NCBI GenBank assembly: GCA_001600815.1
Contig: BCKZ01000021.1
Coordinates: 310,001 to 374,000 of the forward strand
Length of the DNA: 64,000 nucleotides
Direction of reading: 5' to 3'
Source: Alloascoidea hylecoeti
Lineage: Eukaryota
Shown: piece by piece, positions 56,929-64,000 of the stretch
Position numbering within the stretch: the first letter of the stretch is position 1
How the letters are laid out: the number at the start of each line of letters is the position of its first letter
Program-made: the position numbers and the translations under genes
Notes under the pieces: generated by a model
What the model saw: the letters and a program-made list of their open reading frames with translations, nothing else
What the model was told of the DNA's origin: nothing
Database searches by the model: none

Positions 56929-59900
56929 TTCAAAAAATAGGCTTAATCAATTAAAAGAAAAGAACAAAGAGATTGAGCTGAAATATAAAACAGCATAATA
57001 TCCAATTTAATTAAGTTAATTAATTATCAACTAACGGAATACCGGGTTCTTCTTTTTAAATTGTTAATTTTTGGGAAATACTTATTTTGTACAAATATGT
57101 TATAGTTGTTTAATAATATGTTTTTATCACTTGGAATTCTATTTAATATATGTGGAGCTATATCAGTAGGTGGAAAGGCTTTATACCAGAATTTTTTCTC
57201 ACTCATAACACATAAACCTTTTAATAAATAAGTGTGTAACATGAGATCAGTAAATTGTGATATATTGATATATTTTATTTTATTATACTTAATTGGTGTA
57301 TTTATATATTGGTATCCATGTTTCGGAGTTTTTAAATTGTACGTGCCTAATTAATTTGACTGATTGTAATTAATACTATTGATTGATTACACTTAGATTA
57401 ATCATCCATCGCAATTTTAAGCTTTAATATTGTTGCGCTACAGCTGCTAATTAACGATCGCGATATACCTATAAGCCTTATATAAGCCTTATTACTTATA
57501 TTCATTTGTAGTGCTGAATCACTGCTGATTATAAGACAATGCATAGGTGTAAATGTTTAAGTACTCACTTGCAAGTTGGAATATAACTTATACAAGATAT
57601 TAACCCTATAATTATAGCTTTCAAACACCAGAAATAATGTGCTAATATACCTTATGTTGTAATACAATTGTATTAATTAACTGGAAATGTGTGATCATTA
57701 TAATTTAAATTATTATTCTTGTGAGAACAAGGCTATTTTTAGCATACTTATCTTAAACTAGCTAGCTACAGCTGATTAATAATAGTCCAATAAAAGCTAT
57801 CCTAGCCAGTAAATCTATATCCAAGTATCTAGATTCGTATGCCAGTCGATGTTTATGCCATCTCAAGCTTATATGAATATGCATGGTATAATTAATCTCA
57901 ATACCATATATGCATATACATGGATTTATCTGCTGTAAAATCTCTGTTTGCATGCATATGCATAAATCTAGTTATATCATTAGAATTTAATATATATATT
58001 AATTATGTAATCTACTTTAAGCTTAATAACCATATATATATAAATTAATTATAAGGTATACGTATATATACAATTACTTAATCATGGATATCGGGGGCTA
58101 GGTAAATTATTATGGTATCAGATCTTATATATGTGCTAAAACTACAACTGAATGCGCACTCGTTACATCCTCCTCATAGGCTCATAGCTATATCTATTTC
58201 AAAGTGTTTATACAAGTATATAATAATAATAAAAAAGGTAAGAATATGTGCTCCGGGTATCGATAACCAAATTAAATGTTAACAGCTGTATCTTTATATT
58301 GAGCTATATAAACACAATTGCAAGACCAAACCTATTTATCCTTAAGGTAAGCGATATATTTTAATCATATAATTAATAGGTACCGGTACTGGAATAGAAA
58401 GATATAAGACCTTATAAGCTTATAGGGGTATTTAAATAAGCTATCTCCTTTTATTTGCGGTAAATACAGTATTAATATCAATTATTATTATAAGCATCAG
58501 TATTCAACTTTTTTTCTTTCATCTTTCTAAGTATAGGCCTAGCATCAACTGTATAAGACTTAAGCTTATATATGATAGCTATAGAAATATAATAACACTT
58601 AAAATAGATTTCTATAGTATACGTCAATATATCGATAATTATAAATCAATATTGGATATTCCAATATTTATGGATATATGCATACGATTGCCTTGTAATT
58701 ACAAGTTTGGACTTATAATATATATGTTATCTTAAAGTTTTGTATGGGCCATCTTAATCTTTTGTGATGCATTCTATAGCTCTGTTCACGCTTTATTGAT
58801 ATTTAGTTTGTTCTTGTGGCTATAGGTCGTATACATATTTTGTCGCTATATATCTATATGTCCTCCAATACAATAGAGTGAGTTGCTTATAGGTTGTTTT
58901 TTGGAGGAAGTACGATAATAAAATTATGCAGATCTAGAAGGTATATAGCCGCGTCAAAATTAAATTTAAACTGGCACTTTACTTCTGGTCACCACTTCAC
59001 ATAAAAATGACAAGATTGTAAACAGTTACTAGTACTGAGAACTTTACAAAGCCTTAAGATGTTCTTAAAACAGTCTATACTGTTTTTTTATACTGTTCCG
59101 TACATTATAAACATAATACTACTAATAATAACAATTTTTATGACAATGAATAGTAATGACACCTTATGTTTAGTACCTAGTATTTGGTATTAGCGCCCCT
59201 AATGGTCATAAGCGCCATGGAGTATTAATTAAGAACGCCAACCAATATTTACAATACAGTGCAAACCACTTTTCCAAATTCCTTTCTATGCCTTAAGACT
59301 TATAGACCCAAACTTCCTTATGTTATAAATATTTTTTGGTTAAGGACTGACTTTCGTATACCGAACACTCATTAATTAATACAACATCATTCCACACATC
59401 ATGGGAGTCTACCTTTAAATTATATATCATTCTGTTCCGTTTGTTCTTCTAATTCTAAAAATGGCTTGTACGTACCGTAGATATTCCATATTCATGTTTA
59501 TTTAGATCTAGAAGGGTTACTAGGATGGGTATTTGGCGTGATACTCGAGAATAAAAGCCCCAGTTTAATCATGATCCAGGTGTAAATATCTTATTGAGGT
59601 TTATCATAAATGGTCACCATCGTCACCAGCTTTCTTTTTTATACATGTAACCCGCATAATTATAAGGCCTTATATTTCCATGATATCATTGCAAACGGAT
59701 TTCGTACAAAAAGTATGATTTAGCTAGCTGGCAGATTTTCTTTGCCTTGATATAAATTGTTCAGAATATGTTATAATACCCAATTAGTAAACCAAGAATC
59801 CTGGGCTAGTACAAGATTATCTTGAAGGGGCTTTAAATGTCGAAGAGCTTATAGCACATTGTGTTCTATTGAAGGAAATCATCACTGTTTTGATTATATG

Positions 59901-61154
59901 TATGATGGAAGTTATATTCAAGCTGTTCATGACATGTTTGATGATTCACAATAAGAATTGAAGTCATGATTGAAATTAATAGTCTCTAAAATGTACATAT
60001 ACCTATAAGGTTAAAAAAATATACATCAAATCATTAATCTGGCAATAGACATTTTTATATCAATTAAATTTTATAACATCATTACATTTTTATAAAGTAA
60101 TCTTGACGACATTCATAGGCTCAGTTCCAATGAAAATAGAGTTGTTGTAAATATAATTAATATTAATTGTGATTTAGTCGAAATATGAACTGTGACCAAA
60201 ATCTTTCCAAAATTGAGAGTAACAACAATATAGGGTATCAAATACTATCAATACTTATAAAAGTGAGTTTAGACTCAAACGAATAACATCCCAGGACATA
60301 TTAACTGAAGATAGTTTCACAAAGCTAATAAACTTGATTCATATTACAAATATATCAGTTCATTCTCCTTTATAAAAAAGGCGTGCATTATGTTATAAGG
60401 ATTCATAAGAAAATCATTATTAAGATAATTTTTCAACAAATCACTGGATATTTCACTATTAAAACGAACACACACAATTACAGTATTCAATATTTAGTAT
60501 TATTTTAGTAGATTAAATTAATTATGTTAGGAATATTTAAAATAATCACAAAAATTCGATTATTAGTACTCGCCATTATATAAGCCTATATTTGTGCTTT
60601 TCCATTAGCTGCCTTTGTGAATACCACCAAAATCACTTAAAATTATATATTAAAGACAAAGAAAGGTAAATAAATGGTAAATCTAAATCTTTTCGTTTCA
60701 AGTACATTTTTGCACTTCTTCGTCACATGATTTGTCACCAGGAAATCTGGAGACCTATAATTATACCTAATTAAGAAAATTAGCAAACAACTACGCGCAG
60801 GACTATAGCTGATGTTACTATATCCAGAGGTACGCATGTATATTTTTTTTAAACGAAAATTTCTTCTATTACTAATCACTAGTTTAAAAATTCCCTAGGA
60901 ACAACTCTAGGGAAAATCTAAGAAATTAAAGGCTATTATTCAGATAAAATTATCTATTAAATGTATTCCCTAAATTTCACCCTTTTAACCTTTTCTTTTA
61001 AGTCTGTTAACTACTCTTCCCGATAATCCGAAAAAACTCTTTTCTTTTTCTTTTTCGATTGATGATGTTTAATTTCATTATTCAATTCCCAAATGGTTCC
61101 CCAATCATATTATCACTTAATGTATTACCCGGACATTAATGGCGGAGTAGTAAT

Positions 61155-61171
61155 ATAGGGCTACACCCTAA
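61155..61171. promoter_or_regulatory. Paired Tbf1-like sites upstream of a ribosomal protein gene
   Basis: ATAGGGCTACACCCTAA, i.e. inverted TAGGG/CCCTA cores. Confidence 0.5.
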
Positions 61172-61285
61172 GTTGAATTAAATTACTCAACTAGGATAGT
61201 GAGTGTAACATCCAACTATTGCCATAATGAATAATACAACACAATCTGTGGAAAATAATCATCACAAGATTCACAACACTTAAAG

Positions 61286-61523
61286 GTATGAGGAACAAAT
61301 TTATTCAACAGACGACAGATAGATGATGAGATGAAAATGCGACAAACTATGGAGGATGAAAAAGGGTGTTGCAAAAAGAGTAATGTAAAATACAGAAGAA
61401 TTACCCATGAGACCTATAAATGTATCAACTTTTCATCTATCTAGACATACAATCAACAACCTAATACATTTAGATTGGTGCTTTTTTTCTTATTTACTAA
61501 TATTGGTTTCATTCTGAAAATAG
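61286..61523 (+). other. 5'UTR intron of RPL40
   Basis: AAAG|GTATGA donor, TACTAAT branch at ~61495 and a TAG acceptor abutting the ATG. Confidence 0.8.
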
Positions 61524-61910
<387 letters not shown>

Positions 61911-62334
61911 ATTATTTATATCTTTTTGTTTGATACTTTAATATTAATGTTAAATTTGGAACTTTTACTAGGTTATGTATTCTATCCATTCATGTTAGTG
62001 TATATATGGAAGTCATTTGTATAATATTACTGAATGGGTTACGTAGATCTAGAGAATATATTGCTTTTATCAAATATGTATTAATGCTATCTATATTAAC
62101 CCACAAAGCGTAAACAATATAATAATAGACAAAATATTCAGTTATGCAACATAATATTGCAATATGCTCTTATAAATTCACCATTCGGCCAATCACAGAA
62201 CGTTCGATGCAAAGGAAGCGCGATGTTCGGCACAATTTTCTTAAGCGTTTTATTTCTACTGTGGAGAACATTGAAAATTTAGATCCTTCGAAATTATATA
62301 TTAAACCTCATTCTGCCGATTATTTTCCAAAGGA

Positions 62335-63939
62335 ATGATAAAATTTAAACCTGCTGCAAATTTATTTTTGTATCAACAGAAATGTTCGTTTAGTACTATA
62401 AATTCTCAACTTTATAAATCCTTTGCAAAAACAATATTGAATCCTACCGCTACTGATAGTACTAATTTAGGTGTATTACGATATTTGGAACAATTGAAGG
62501 GTAGAGATAATTCTTTCACTCCACAATCATTGCTTTTATTCACCACAATTAATAATTCTGTTAAATTGGTCGATGAATCAATAGAAATATCAAATAGATA
62601 TCCAAATTTACAAATAATTTCTGGTGTTGTAGATACTATACCAGTTAACAATAAGACTACAAGCAATAATGATACGACAAGTTATAATGATGCAGTATCA
62701 ATGATGATAACAGATCAAAGCATCACAATCAATGATCTTAAACCAATTGAAGATTTAGATAATCAAGATCAACTAATTCGTGATAATAACATGGAACATC
62801 GAGGAATTTATCCTGTTTTTGGTAGAAGTAATTGGAAATCATTTGATTCAGAAATAAAGATTTATTTTGAAGATAATCAAGTTGAAGGACCTAGGGCTGT
62901 TTTGAAAATACCCGTTGCAAGCACACTATTTACAGAATTACAGGAGCCATCAACATTATTTTATATAACAGGAAAAAATAATCAAACTAATCAAATTGAT
63001 AATAATAATATTATTAATGATCAACGATCAAGTCGCAATGAAATTAAACTCAAAGAGGGGGAAAATGATTTAGGTTCAAAATTAATTTCAAATTTATCAA
63101 CAAAAATTATAAAACATAGTGGAGAATTCTTATCATCTTTATCAATTACACTACCGTTGTCAATTAATTCAATACAAAAAAATAATAAATTAGAAAAAAT
63201 TACACCATTCTTAAAAATAACATCATGTAAGCAAAATTTAGTGAAAACAATTAATGATGGACCAGCTTCTTATTATCTTGAAGAAAATGATATTATTAAA
63301 AAATTGGCATCAAAGGAGACCCGAGTTTTCGTTCATATTAAACAACAAGAAGGAGATACCTCTGATGAAGAATTACAGTTTGAAGTTATTGCTGGTGGTG
63401 GTGGTTGGGGTGTAAAGGCCGGTATTTTGGCCCTTTCTCCCGAAGCGAAAATAAGACCAGGCATGTTTGCGTCATTTTCAATTATCCGACCTGAATCAAA
63501 TGTGAAAGTGATATCCAAACGGAATTATACGGAGGAGAACCAAACAAACGTTACTGATGATGATATTAATAATGAAGATCTGGTATGTGCTCATACCGAT
63601 GAGACCGCTTCCGCTGCTTCTGTGCAAACGACTACATATCAATCTGTTGGGAAATCTGCTGGAAAAAAAGAGGAGGAATCGGAAATATCATTACGGCTGT
63701 GTGTTGAAAGTTCTAGACAGGAGACAAATTATGCAAACCTTCAAGCTTCTGAGGTACCAAATATCATAGCACAAGGAATCAGGCACGAGGAGGGAAAAGG
63801 AACAATTTCAACAACCACCACAGCATCAAATGTTGTAGAAATTGATGGTTTATTGGCATTAGGAAGTGAAAAGGGTTATTTTATTAACGAATCAAGACAC
63901 AATTCTCCAGGAGAAACTGGTATATTTATTCTATCATGA
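62335..63939 (+). CDS. Conserved fungal hypothetical protein, probably mitochondrial (FIST-like)
   Basis: 534 aa, presequence-like start, and motifs GVVD.IP, P.A.TLF, NLVKTIND.PAS..LE and VIAGGGGWG.KAG.LAL.PE. Confidence 0.6.
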   Translation: MIKFKPAANLFLYQQKCSFSTINSQLYKSFAKTILNPTATDSTNLGVLRYLEQLKGRDNSFTPQSLLLFTTINNSVKLVDESIEISNRYPNLQIISGVVDTIPVNNKTTSNNDTTSYNDAVSMMITDQSITINDLKPIEDLDNQDQLIRDNNMEHRGIYPVFGRSNWKSFDSEIKIYFEDNQVEGPRAVLKIPVASTLFTELQEPSTLFYITGKNNQTNQIDNNNIINDQRSSRNEIKLKEGENDLGSKLISNLSTKIIKHSGEFLSSLSITLPLSINSIQKNNKLEKITPFLKITSCKQNLVKTINDGPASYYLEENDIIKKLASKETRVFVHIKQQEGDTSDEELQFEVIAGGGGWGVKAGILALSPEAKIRPGMFASFSIIRPESNVKVISKRNYTEENQTNVTDDDINNEDLVCAHTDETASAASVQTTTYQSVGKSAGKKEEESEISLRLCVESSRQETNYANLQASEVPNIIAQGIRHEEGKGTISTTTTASNVVEIDGLLALGSEKGYFINESRHNSPGETGIFILS

Positions 63940-64000
63940 CATCGCACTCTAACCTTCGAATTCTCATAATCAATATATAAAATTCTAATTATAAATCTCC

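Noticed and set aside
61320..61520. Box C/D snoRNA in the RPL40 intron (ATGATGA near 61323)
   Set aside because: The only CTGA lies downstream of the branch point, and I see no terminal stem or rRNA guide.

Overview
AT-rich fungal nuclear DNA, most likely a budding yeast (Saccharomycotina) from an intron-rich lineage. CTG sits at conserved Leu positions, so the standard code fits. I find about 27 protein-coding genes and one tRNA-Thr(AGT). Many genes have to be rebuilt across short introns (mostly 54-73 nt) that the ORF track misses; I placed 17 such introns by hand. Housekeeping genes include ULA1, SPB4, DEG1, SNF8, HAT1, TPT1, STH1-like, FAR1-like, PAM17, GCD14, RPE1, MPS1, ALB1 and RPL40. 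The leads most worth checking are: an unexplained, highly base-paired ~300 nt candidate ncRNA between FAR1 and PAM17; a block of five genes whose S. cerevisiae orthologs flank CEN6/CEN16, with a repeat-relic gap inside it; sharp GC-rich islands over divergent promoters; a Tom20 homolog with no membrane anchor; a hidden spliced STEEP1/CXorf56-like gene; a secreted lipase carrying a second repeat-linked module; and long palindrome-rich gene-free tracts. All identifications come from motif recognition by eye; no database searches were run.
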